From Ylistrum balloti (taxonomy: Eukaryota), in the NCBI RefSeq assembly GCF_031769215.1, contig NW_026782435.1:1-64000 (forward strand): a stretch of DNA of 64,000 nucleotides, given 5' to 3'. The stretch's first letter is position 1. Every line of letters begins with the position of its first letter. This document shows positions 10,501 through 21,983 of the stretch, in pieces. The notes beneath the pieces are model-generated. The model saw only the letters and a program-made list of their open reading frames with translations. It did not search any database and was not told the origin of the DNA. Both the position numbers and the translations under genes were made by a program.

Positions 10501-13339
10501 TCTGCAAAGTATGGCAGCTACACGATGATGGATTTAGATGAATCCAGAGTAGTCGACGTGCAATTGGTTCAGGTAATTGTTTTTAGTTCACCTGTCAGCT
10601 GAAAGCTCTTGTTCTATTGTGATCATGTTTTGTTTTCCCATATGGAAAAAATGGGTCAGAAATGGCCCCTTGGGGGCCTGCAATGGGCAAACAGAGGCCA
10701 TGTGAACTTGCAAATGTGAAGTAAATCTGTCCATACATGTTACTAGAAAATCTGTGATTTGTTTTGTACTATTATCATATGATTCCATCATGGGAGTGTA
10801 ACGTAGACAGAAAAATCTCCACCTGATGGTTGAGATTTTTTGTTCACTTTTCAACCCTACAATTGATTTTTTTTCTCCCACACTCATGATGCTGAAAACC
10901 TTGTTTCAGTGTTGGTATAATAAATTTTTTTGTGAATGAAATTGTGATGTCATTTGGCAGCTTTTGTGACATCATAGCATGTTTAAACTGTCTTTTCCCT
11001 AGTGGCTGTAAGACAGCCTTGTCTTTTCACAGGTGAATCCTTTTGGAAGTGTTGGGAAAAAAATCAAATAAATCCCTTGCCTTTACATTCAATTCATTTA
11101 TCAATTTCACACATTCTATTTTTAGAGTAACGAAGTCAAAAGTAGCTACCACATGGAAAAAGAAGGGTTGATCAGAAGTGTGAAGACCTTCAATGATGCT
11201 GGAATTACTATACAGAAGATTGTTACAGATCGTCATGTACAAATTTTGAAATGGGTCAGGGAAAATATGCCTAAAACAAAACACTGTGTAGATATCTGGC
11301 ATGTAGCAAAGGGTAAGTTTTCAACAAAAAATGCTTTTCATATGTATTTCATATAACACTCTTGGTTGTTGAAGTACTCGTATTCTAAGTGTAATTTAAG
11401 TTTGATATGTAAGTCATTTTTAGATAGTTAAAATTGTTTATGAAGACCCAGGTTTAGAGGAAAACTGTCCTTTATAGACAGTTGTCCTTAGTATAGAGGT
11501 CAGCTACATTGCAAACTGCACCGGGTGGGTTTAATCAATCTATCCATCATACAAAGATATGCTCCAAAGCAGGTTTGACTGTAGACAACTGCATAATGGT
11601 TTGATAGTTGAATATTTCTCACTAATTTTGACATGTTTTTTTATTACTAGGATTAAAGAAAAAACTGACAGCAATATCCAAGGATAAAGATTGTGATGCC
11701 TTAACACCTTGGATAAAGAGTATCAGCAACCACCTTTATTGGGTAGCTGCATCAACTCCGTCTGCAGATCCTTCCCTAATGATGGAAAAGTGGCAGAGTG
11801 TAGCAAACCATGTACAAAACATACATGAAGGTCATGGATCTCTGTTTGAGAAGTGTTGTCATGGTGACCTGTCCGGTAGAGAAAGGCAGAAGAAATGGAT
11901 TAAACCAGGTATTTGACAATACCAGTTATTTCAGAAATTAACTTCAACTTGCATAACAATGGTAGGGAAAATGTGTTGGGTCAAACGAATAATGGACACA
12001 AATTCTATGGACATGTTTTGTGAAAATAAACCATGACCATAGAAGAAACATTAATTATTGAAAATTTCAGTCCATTAATTAATCATAATTTTGAAATGAA
12101 AATCAACAAAGTGAAAAGTAACTAGTTATTTCCTGTTATAATTCTTGAACTCTCTTTACAGCAACCAAGGTTAGTGAAAGACTAGATGATGTCATTCTCT
12201 CCAACCAGATGAAGAAAGACATTCCTATGTTGTCCACAGGACAACAGACTTCCAGCATAGAGGCATACCATTCTGTCATAAATCATTTTGCACCAAAAAT
12301 GATTGGGTTTTCATACCATGGGATGATATGTAGGTATGTAAGTGATACATGTATATTGATATGTATGTGTGTGTGTCAGAGAAGAAAGGATCCAATTATA
12401 AAGAGATTTCCAAATACCATGAAATTTAAGATTTGTGAGCTCCTTAGTTTTTAAGGGAATATAGACTTGGTATATTAGCCTTTTTGTGTTAAAATTCCTA
12501 GTATTACTTTTTCCACAATTAAGCTATGATCATCTAACTTTGTAGATTATTTACACTTATACTTTGTGCTAGATTCAATGCCTACAACTCGCATTTTTTA
12601 CACAGCTCTTGGTAAAGATTCACGTTGGAAGTATAACTTGGCTTTGAATTTGGAGTATGTTAATGACATTTGATGTATACCATGACTTACCTATACTGCA
12701 TGAAGTTTAATTTACACAGTAAATGCGATGCAATGGAACATATAATCAACTTATATCTTTTCCATTATATTTCACTACAGGTTGCAGTTAGCAGCCCTTC
12801 ACTTTAATGAAAACCGCTCCAAATTACAAGCAGTCGATAAAGACGGTGTGTTGCGTTACCGCTTGGAATTTCCCAAATATAAAAAAGGAGAACATATCGT
12901 CAGGAAAGTCAAAGTTCATAGCACCTTTGGTAAGTTTTATGTATAGAATTTGAATTATTAGTATTAATACATTTGCTTCTCGTATATAAGTTTCAGTATA
13001 TTATCTTAAGCTGCCTATCGTGACCTGCCAGACATTTAAGCGCACACTTAATCAACAGAATGTGTCATTTGAATGTTTTTAGGTAATTGTAACTTTTCTG
13101 TAAATGTAGAAATCGAATGTACAGTTAAAATATGAATCATGAAACTTGCATTTTTTCTTTCAGATTACGTGGAAAATCTTACAGAAGTTGTCATGAGCAT
13201 GGCAGAAAGATCTTCACTAGCAAAGCAACGAATTCCTATTCCACCCACAGTTCCTCCACCGTTGTGTCATGACTTTCTTCACCCAGATATGTCGGATGCC
13301 ATAGCAGGAATGCATTCAAGATTTTCTATGAACTTTTGA
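7584..13339 (+). CDS. THAP-domain DDE transposase 1 (Kolobok type), 781 aa; join(7584..7982,8282..8395,8813..8927,9507..9759,10050..10572,11126..11312,11651..11908,12162..12333,12781..12929,13164..13339)
   Basis: THAP CVVFGC..FP..W..CSKHF plus AVPS box. CxxC pairs CPRC/CGFC. Catalytic candidates GGDGRADTPGH, VTDRH and QTSSIEAYHS. All nine introns are GT-AG and phase-compatible; 2346 nt with no internal stop. Confidence 0.85.
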
Positions 13340-13523
13340 ACTTAATTTTTGAAGTGAATACTTACCCTGCCGGTACAAACGTACCACTTTGATTTATGAT
13401 GCTAATTTTTTTCTGAAATCCACATATCTATGTCGCTTACATTTGTTATTTGAATTTTTTGCCTGTTGAATTTTGTTGTAAAAAGAAAATATTACATAGA
13501 ACAGCAAAAGAATACAAAAAATA

Positions 13524-13544
13524 TTTATTACGATTTTAAATAAA
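13524..13544. terminator. Candidate opposing polyadenylation signals: AATAAA on - (13524-13529) and on + (13539-13544)
   Basis: Hexamers lie in the 250-bp gap between the two convergent stop codons. Actual use is not shown. Confidence 0.4.
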
Positions 13545-13589
13545 TATACAAAATATCACAGAGACTTTTGTCATTTATCCCAAGAATTT

Positions 13590-14898
13590 TCATGCTGCAT
13601 GCTGGAAGCCAGTATATTCATCATCTTCAGCTGGGAAGTTGCTCCGTACTTTGCTGACAACACAGGATGGAATTAGAACCCTCACTTTCCTGCCCAAATA
13701 ACCAAAGCACCACCTGACCAGTTGTCTGTAGGCAACATACCTACGTCGGCTGTAAAATAATGTAGGAATTTTAAATAACACCACAGCGCAAGAAATTCAA
13801 TTTTACACGAATATATATCATTTACAAAATGAAATTTTATGCTGGGCAATTAAAATTTGTAAAAGCTTTCAAGTTGTTTTTTCCTGCAAAAAAATCAGAT
13901 CTTTGAATTCCTTGTAGAGATTCTAAATCACAATTATTTAATGAAACTTATCTGACTTGAATTTTGTAAAAGTGTTTGTTTGGGACAGTAAAGACTTTGT
14001 AAACATTCCTGTAAACAAATACTTACTCTGGAGTGTCTTCCATTTCTTCCCCATACTGCTGTCTATATGCAAAGTATGCGGCCCTCAATACATGGACATT
14101 GAGACAGACTGGTTCAAAACCTGGATGGTCGATGACACAATTAACGTTTGGGACCTCTCTCCTGATGTCGTTAACTTGGTTGATTTCTCTGCAGCAAACA
14201 GATTCTGTCATCGTGGACATAGGATAGCAATTCCCACATGTACACCTTAATACAATAAAAATAACCATGGTCATATATTATGAATTTAACAGTGATTATC
14301 TGTTACTCAACTTACTGTCATATGTATTGTTCAACGACTATACGAGAATGAATTTTACTTGAAACTTCAGTCTATTTTTAACCTTTTTTCTTCATTCCAG
14401 TAATGATTATGATGCTTTAAAACCCTCCTGGAGATATAATCATGCATTTAAGAAAGATTATGTTACTGTCTAGACAAGTGTCATGTGTATTCAGAGTATC
14501 ATTTGATCGAGCTCGAGAAGACCTATTGGTGCTATTGCACATGGTCTACAACCTATATTTGTTTATACATAATATCATAGATAATTTGATATCAAAACTG
14601 TTGACTCTATGGTCTAACTTCAGGTATAAAATAAGATACTACCATAAGCTATATGTTTACATTCTTACCAGTCGGTGTTACCAATGCGGTCAGCTTGGCT
14701 ATCAACAGTTTCATCTTCGTTCTCGCTGTCTTCTACGTCGTCTTCATATGGTTCAAACTGGTACGGAAGAACCCCACAATGTGATGTCTCGTCAACTACA
14801 TCGTTGTCTGAATCTTCGAAAGGCGATGATTCGCAAGACAAACGAAGAGCGCCATCAGTAGAGTACGAATCATTGTCGGAGTAGTCAGTACCGTCCAT
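13590..14898 (-). CDS. KolX: KolX protein 1 (homologue of the P2X7 C-terminal ballast), 202 aa; complement(join(13590..13749,14027..14245,14669..14898))
   Basis: Acidic N-terminus with PYQFEP, then WCTCGNC..ESVCC..CVIDHPGFEPVCL..RYVAYRQLVRW..GRKVRVLIPSCVVSKVRSNFP..YTGF. GT-AG joins, 609 nt open. No transmembrane or ectodomain exons. Confidence 0.85.
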
Positions 14899-14923
14899 GT
14901 TGAATTTTGTGATTTTCCCTCGA

Positions 14924-14946
14924 CGCGCTTCCACTTGTGACGTCAC
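14924..14946 (-). repeat. Right subterminal inverted repeat of element 1 (contains GTGACGTCAC at 14937-14946)
   Basis: Exact reverse complement of 7355-7377; the palindrome is 39 bp upstream of the KolX1 ATG. Confidence 0.9.
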
Positions 14947-15132
14947 CAATACCCGGATGTAAATCAGGGTAATTTGATCGCTTGCTTGATTAACATCTCG
15001 AAGCAGGTGTGAATCGGCGCGTTTAGACGGATATATCTCGGAAACGGATGGTCGAATTTCGATGCGGTTTTCGGCATTTTTGTTCTTATACAACAGCAAA
15101 TCCATTGAAAATCGAACCTATCAACATTCAGG

Positions 15133-17833
15133 TTGACCAACAAACGTTCACGTGGGAAGAGATGTGTAGCGTATGGATGTGGAAACACCACTTTAGACGG
15201 TGTTTCACTTCATTTTTTCCCATTAGACAGACCGGAAATATGCAAAGTTTGGACTGCATTTGTGCGGAGGAAAAGGGATTTGTGGGACGGGCCAACAAAA
15301 CATTCAGTTTTGTGTTCGGAACATTTCGGTGAGGACTGCTACCCGATGCAGTACAGATTTCTTCAATCAATGGGACGTACACCACCGAAAAAGAAAACGC
15401 TAATAAAAGATGCTGTGCCAACGATTAACAAAGGCTGCACCAACGTAGAGGAAACGCCTGTCAAAAGACCACGGACTGCTTTCGCAAAAAGAGAGAACAG
15501 AAGGGTAATTATTACATAATACATGAAGATCTAGGGCCTATGTATATCATATAAGTTATAGTAGTATCTGAGTAGAAAAGGTAATGAGTAATGCAGCCTT
15601 CCTTAGTGGACAATACTCCTATTTAGCATTTAATAAACCTTTTCCCAGTAAATGTTTCAGTGTATGCGAGGTATCTTCAGTTTTAACTTAAATGTACGTA
15701 TTAAACAGCTACACTGTGACTACATGTACATTATTTGTATGATAAATTTGATTTTTTTTTATAGATAGTCGAGCAATGTTTGAAAGAGAGTTCCACGGTA
15801 TCCACAGACACTCAGGTGGAGGAAGATCCTGATGTTTCAGCCAGTGATGAGGTTATGGAATTGCCAGAGGAACATGTACAGACAAGAAATGACCATGATT
15901 ATTTCTCCTGCAATTTCAAGGTACTAAAAATGATACTCATAAGGCCAAAAAAATTATATGCGAGTTTACTGTCACCATACCGACCCTAAACTTTTAATTC
16001 AGGTTTTCACACATGCACTGTAAAAGTCAAGGTTGTTGCTCTTATAAAAGTTATGTATAAAACCAGATTTACAGTTATTGCCCTTTATAGTTTTTCTTTG
16101 TCCGCACCATATTTACAACACTGTTTTACATATATGTAGGAACTCCAAACTTTATGTACAGAATGTTCCATATGTCACAGCAAACTACATGTTTCAAACA
16201 ACATAAATAGTGAAATGGTCTCTGATCTTGTGTGTCAAACATCGCCATGGGCATCTGTTGGGCTCTTGTAAGGTTGGTCAAGGAACATACTTTTTTTCCC
16301 ACCTTACATATACATAGGTTATGGAGGTTCAACTGTTAATGTACATCATAACTACCGTGTACAAGAAAAGTTTCTATTACAGGAAACACCATCAAAGACA
16401 AAAACCTGTGGCACGCAGCTCTCCCTGAAACCACCCAAGAGGAAAACGGTCAGGATACAAGTGGCCCCCAATGCAGTGGAGAAAGGTAAATTGTAACCTG
16501 CTTATGCATGTCAATAGGGTCTGTAAGTCTCGTCATGTGACCTGCAAGATTGTGACATTTTGAAAAGTCATAACTGTATGAAAAAATAGAGTATTACCAG
16601 TTGGTACAATACAGCTGTAAACTGTTTTAAGTACTTGTCCTAATTACAACATTTTAAAATTACTATTCCATTCATTCAATATTTGAATAAATCACAAGAC
16701 ATTTTTACTTGCATTAATGCATTGTGATTTTGTTTTATCTTATAGGATGTCAAACTCATGCTCCAAGACCAAAGGTGAGACATGCAGAAGTTCAATGTAA
16801 TCTTCTAAAGCCAGTGGTGGAGAAAGATGAAGAAACCAACTTGGAAAGTGATAGTGAGTACGAAGATCATCTAGACCTTTTCAAGACCAACAGTAAAGAT
16901 CTAGACGACTCCTATCATCCGGATTCTGGTCCAGACGACTCGGACACAGAGTTAGATATGGAAGAAAATGAGTATGTGTTGTAACATGTCTGACATTTTG
17001 CAGAGAAAAATAATTTATTTTGATACTTTCTGGCTTGTGTTTCGGGACTTTGATATGGCATGCTTTCTCAGTCATATCAATCCATTGTGTGCTAAAACAT
17101 CATTGCATTGCCTTTTTGGATGGCACTTTGATCTAACGGTGTTGTCCCAAGATGGAATAGAACCCTAACCTCAGTCTTGCTTATATCATTTCTCTATAAT
17201 AATATCATGTCATAGTGCCCTCATTCATATTATGGCAATTATGTATGTAGAATGTCATGAACATTTATGTATTGCAGAGATGTGCTACACAGTGGACAGA
17301 GCAGAGACAGACTCCTCATAATTGAAGAAAGCAAACTGCTTGAACTTTTTGATAAATGTAGACACTGTTTATCACCATGCCAAGGAGAAGTGACACGAAT
17401 GATCGGTACCATGTGTTGTGTGCATCAAGAATGTGACATGTGTGGTAGGACCTTTAAATGGAGAAGCCAGTCAATGGTGGGATCCCTTCCAAGAGGAAAT
17501 GTCCAGCTGTCTGCCAGCATTTTATTTTCTGGATCGTTGCCCTCAAAGACTCTAAGAATTTTTAACTTTATGGACATCCCGGTAATATGCCATGACACGT
17601 TTTTCAAGCATCAGCGACATTATTTACAGCCTACAATTCTAAGGATGTGGACAGAAAAACAAGTGCAATATTTTGCAGAAATGTGCGAAAGTGACAATGA
17701 CATTTGTATAGGAGGAGATGGTCGATGCGATACCCCCGGACACTGTGCTAAGTTTTGCAGTTATTCACTGATGGATTTGGACAGAGGGACAGTCGTAGAT
17801 ATACAGTTAGTTCAGGTTGGTATTTCTAATCGT

Positions 17834-17865
<32 letters not shown>

Positions 17866-20204
17866 TCCACTCATTATATATTCCACAATTTCTGAGACCA
17901 GGCTTAACCACTGGACGACTGTGGCCCCCGTTAATTTTATGTAAATTTATATGTAGAAACTGCTGATAGAAAATGTGGTCATGAATACATACAGAAACAA
18001 TTTCAATATATATATATATATATATATCTACAATCTACATGTACTTTCCAGAACATGAGTTATGTTAATTTTGGTACATTGTGTAATGTTAAGATTTTGA
18101 TCAATTTCAGAGCAATGAAGTCAAACATAGTGTCAACATGGAAAAGGAAGGGTTAATACGGAGCGTGGACAATCTAAAACGCCATGGGATCAACATAGAT
18201 ACCCTAGTCACCGACCGACATGTCCAGATCAGAAAGTGGGTGAGGGAGAACATGACAGAGACCAATCACTGCGTTGATGTATGGCATGTTGCAAAAGGTA
18301 TTGCATTTTCTTTAAGTGTTTGTGTTTAGCATAAACAAAACAAGAAGCCCAATCAGTATTAACAGTCACCGTAGTAAATAGTTTGATTTCAGTTTGTTTT
18401 GTTTTGCTAAGGGCTTTACTTCAGATACTTTGTAGACCATGTCCTAAGGACTAAATAAATATCAAATGGAATTAAATGTATGAACACACAACTCAATTTA
18501 AAGTATAGAATAATTTTTTATGTTAAAATATAATAGGTTTTGTATTAAAATGCATATGAAATATTCTTTAGGTTTGAAGAAGAAGTTGTTGGCACTGTCA
18601 AAAGAAAGAGATTGTGGTGAACTTGAAAGCTGGATAAAAAGTTTAACCAATCACTTATACTGGGTTCCTGCATCAACGCCCTCAGCAGATGGCGCTTTGA
18701 TGTACCAGAAGTGGGTTTCTGTAGTAAACCATGTCCAAAATATCCATGATGGTCATGGTGATCTGTTTCCTTGCTGTCTGCATGATGACTTGAGAACACA
18801 GGAAAGGAAGAAGAAATGGATAAAACCAGGTATTTTTCCTGTTATGGCATTGACTCAATTATTGTGTATCCTACCTTTAACTTGCTTACTTATTCATTTG
18901 GTTCGAAATTGGTGACGTATCAATAATTCAAATCATAACTAAATTACGAATGACATTTATCACTTGCTTAAAAACATTTTAAGTGCCTAATTTCTTTAGC
19001 AATGACATTTTTCACCTGAATGAAAAGCACATCCAGGAAAATGGTATCTTTAGTTTCTTGTTCTTAGCATGGAATTAATATTCGTGTTCTAAATTCCTTA
19101 TGATCCCATATTATATTTTTACTTCATCATTTGAAATCCTCACTTTCACTTTTCAGAGAGTAAAGTAATGGAGAAGCTAGAACTGATGTTGACATCACCA
19201 CAAATGAAAAAGGACATTCCCATGCTATCAACACATCACCAAACTTCAGAACTAGAAGGGTACCACTCAACAGTTAACCAGTTTGCCCCTAAAATGCATG
19301 GCTTTTCATTCAATGGAATGTTGTGCAGGTATATGATCACATGATTCTCATAAGACTATTATTTCTTTAGACATCAATTTGTACAGACAAGTTGATCGTA
19401 TATGTATATCTGTCTCAAGATCTAACATCATCAACAGGTTTTGGAAATATCATTATTCACTAGTAGTCTACCTGTCTCAAAACTCCTGTGGTGAATATTG
19501 CAATGTTAAAAGAGATTTAGTGTTGTAGCTAGATGTAAGATATGTTAAAATGAGTATGTAAAAGATTTAGGCAGCCAGTCTTAATTCTTAAGATATTGAT
19601 GATACTTAATCAGGAAAGTTTAAATATTGTTGCATCTCTTTGAATAGGGTGATTCTAGCTGCACTTCACCACAATGAAAATGTGAGAAGAGAACAAGCCA
19701 TGACATCTGCTGGGGAGAAAATGTTTAAGATAATCTACCCTAAACAGAAGAAAGGTGGATACACTGTCAGAAAAGTCAAAACAAAACAAACATTTGGTAA
19801 GTATTATGTTGCATATGAAGACGAGTTCAATATTTTAGGTTAGGTTCAGTATTCTATATATTGCAGTACATGATTCTTCAATTAACAACTTGCATTTTAG
19901 TTGCAGGAAAATATGTCCATGTATACAAAACATTTAAAGTCTTTACTAGCAATAGTGTCAGATTTTGTGTAATAGTGATTGGAAAAAATAATAAAACCAG
20001 TGTACTTGTATATGTACTTTTTATCTTACAGACTATGTACATGAACTGATGGCAGAAGTGCTACAAGTGGCAGAAAAAAGTACGATGCAAGTGGAGGATA
20101 TGCTACTTAAAGACCAACCCCCACCACTCTGTAGTGATTTTGTCAGACCTGTAAAAATGGAAGCTGTCGCATTGATGGAATCAAGATTTAACATGAACAT
20201 TTAA
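15133..20204 (+). CDS. THAP-domain DDE transposase 2, about 777 aa, no ATG (begins TTG); join(15133..15504,15765..15920,16383..16485,16746..16971,17278..17815,18111..18297,18572..18829,19157..19328,19648..19796,20032..20204)
   Basis: THAP CVAYGC..FP..W..CSEHF plus AVPT box. Motifs GGDGRCDTPGH, VTDRH and QTSELEGYHS. Nine GT-AG introns with the same phases as transposase 1; 2334 nt open. In-frame TGA at 15106 with no ATG before the THAP domain. Confidence 0.8.
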
Positions 20205-20560
20205 AATACATACATGTACATGAATTTTCATCTGTTTTTTAATATGGTCTGCAAGTCTGTTTTACTTTACTTCTGTGTACCAACTGACGTTTTAGGTAGT
20301 AGTCTTATAGAAGAAAAGTATTTTCAATTTCGACAAAATGCACATTTCCCAAGGAGTTTTTAAAAACGTACCTACTGGTAATCCTCCGTTTTCATAGTTA
20401 TGATTGTTCAAGTTAAGTGGTATGTTCTAGTAGGTCACATGACGAGACTTACAGATCCTATTACAGTTTCAAGTGTATATATGAATAAAAAACAACAATC
20501 AGATATCAATTATAATTTTATTGTTTCATGTCATTCTTTCAATGTTTTCAACACATATTT

Positions 20561-21950
20561 TTAATGCACAAAATTAAAACCTTTAAAATTTCCATTTGGT
20601 GCAGGAAATGTTTCTCTAATAATCTTCACAGCACACGCAGGTAATGGCACTCTTATGCTTTTTCCCAAGTACCCCCAACACCATCTCACAAATTGTCTGT
20701 ATGCTGTATAGCGGTATCTCCTGATAAAACAAGAACAATATATTCTGTAATCATTGTTAATGCCAAGTTTGCCATTAATCTGCGGAGGATGCAAGCACTA
20801 GTGAATTATGGTAAACACAAGTAACTCTACAATACATATGTGTAACAATTCCAAACCAGATTTTCAGAAATGTTGACTTATTATTGAAAATCTATTTTAT
20901 CTTGTCTGGTTATTGGTTCTTTTGCAGTATTTTAGACCTGTAACTTGATAGACAAGTTTGTAACATCATTTTTAAAATATCTTCTTAACAAATGAATTAT
21001 TTTATTATGTTTCAAGTTTTATAATAATAAATTTGATGCTGTAGATAAACATCATAACTTACTCAGGGCATTCTGGTATCTCTCCATGAAGTTGTCTGTA
21101 CTGGAAATAAGATGTTCTCAGCACATAAATATCCAAACAGACTGGCCCAAATCCAGGATGGTCTGTTATGCACTGTATCCCTGGTATGTCGTCTTTTGTG
21201 TTCAGTACACTGTGTATCTCACTACAGCACCTGCACTCCTCAATGGTAGGCATAAGACTGCAGTTACCGCAAAGACACCTGTAACATATAAAATTTTCTG
21301 TGTTTTATACATAATTCACTAGTATGTTGGTGTGAAAATACCTTTAAAATGTCTTGTTAGAAGTTTTCTATTCAACACTTTATAGTACATACCAGTACCA
21401 TTTGACATAGCAAAAGAATACACTTTGTTTCCAGGAAATGTTCTCCTTTGTAAAAAGAAATGCTATGCACATTAATTTATGTAACACAAAATATTTAGGG
21501 GTGGGTATTATGTAAAAGTCAAATAATTGTAAATGCAAAAAAAAGGCATTGGCTGTTATTATCTCGACAAAGTCGGACTTGTGAGGTTGAGCAAGTGGAG
21601 AAAAAATCCTGAAAATCCGCATTTGTTAACATGCACGATGCATTTTGAAAAGGGAAAATTCCTGGAAAAAAAATAATCATACGTGAAAGCTAACATCTCT
21701 GAACATACCAGTCTAAGGATCCCAGGCGATCAGCATTATCATCGCTACGTGTAGACGACGCAGGTGAAGATGGACTGCTTTCACCATCTACCTCGGGTTC
21801 AAATTGGTATGGTTGAATACCAGCTTGTCTCTCTATAACCTCCGTGTCGTAATCAGAAGATTCAAAGCTTAAATTCAGGCTGCATTCTTCCGAATTGTTT
21901 GAGTCTTCGAACCACTCGCACTCGCTGTTATCACTGTCCGACATTATCAT
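20561..21950 (-). CDS. KolX: KolX protein 2 (P2X7-ballast homologue), 205 aa; complement(join(20561..20720,21063..21278,21709..21950))
   Basis: PYQFEP, WCLCGNC..ECRCC..CITDHPGFGPVCL..RYTAYRQFVRW..GKSIRVPLPACAVKIIRETFP..FKGF. GT-AG joins, 618 nt open. Confidence 0.85.
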
Positions 21951-21973
21951 TTCTTAGACCAAGCGCTACCCTT

Positions 21974-21983
21974 GTGACGTCAC
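21974..21983. promoter_or_regulatory. GTGACGTCAC palindrome (CRE consensus) in the right subterminal region of element 2
   Basis: Perfect 10-bp palindrome 24 bp upstream of the KolX2 ATG, same context (CTTGTGACGTCAC) as in element 1. Function is inferred. Confidence 0.5.

Larger units (their letters stand above)
7184..15134 (+). mobile_element. Kolobok-type DNA transposon, element 1 (about 7.95 kb)
   Basis: Convergent THAP-DDE transposase and KolX genes, which is the known Kolobok gene pair. Terminal inverted match AACCTGAATG (7186-7195) / CATTCAGGTT (15125-15134). Perfect 23-bp subterminal inverted repeat 7355-7377 / 14924-14946. Left end reads TGAA|GG (TTAA-like site followed by RR). Confidence 0.8.

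Noticed and set aside
13590-21950. Annotation as genuine P2X7 purinoceptor genes
   Set aside because: No TM1/TM2 or ectodomain exons; an acidic N-terminus starts at its own ATG inside transposon ends.
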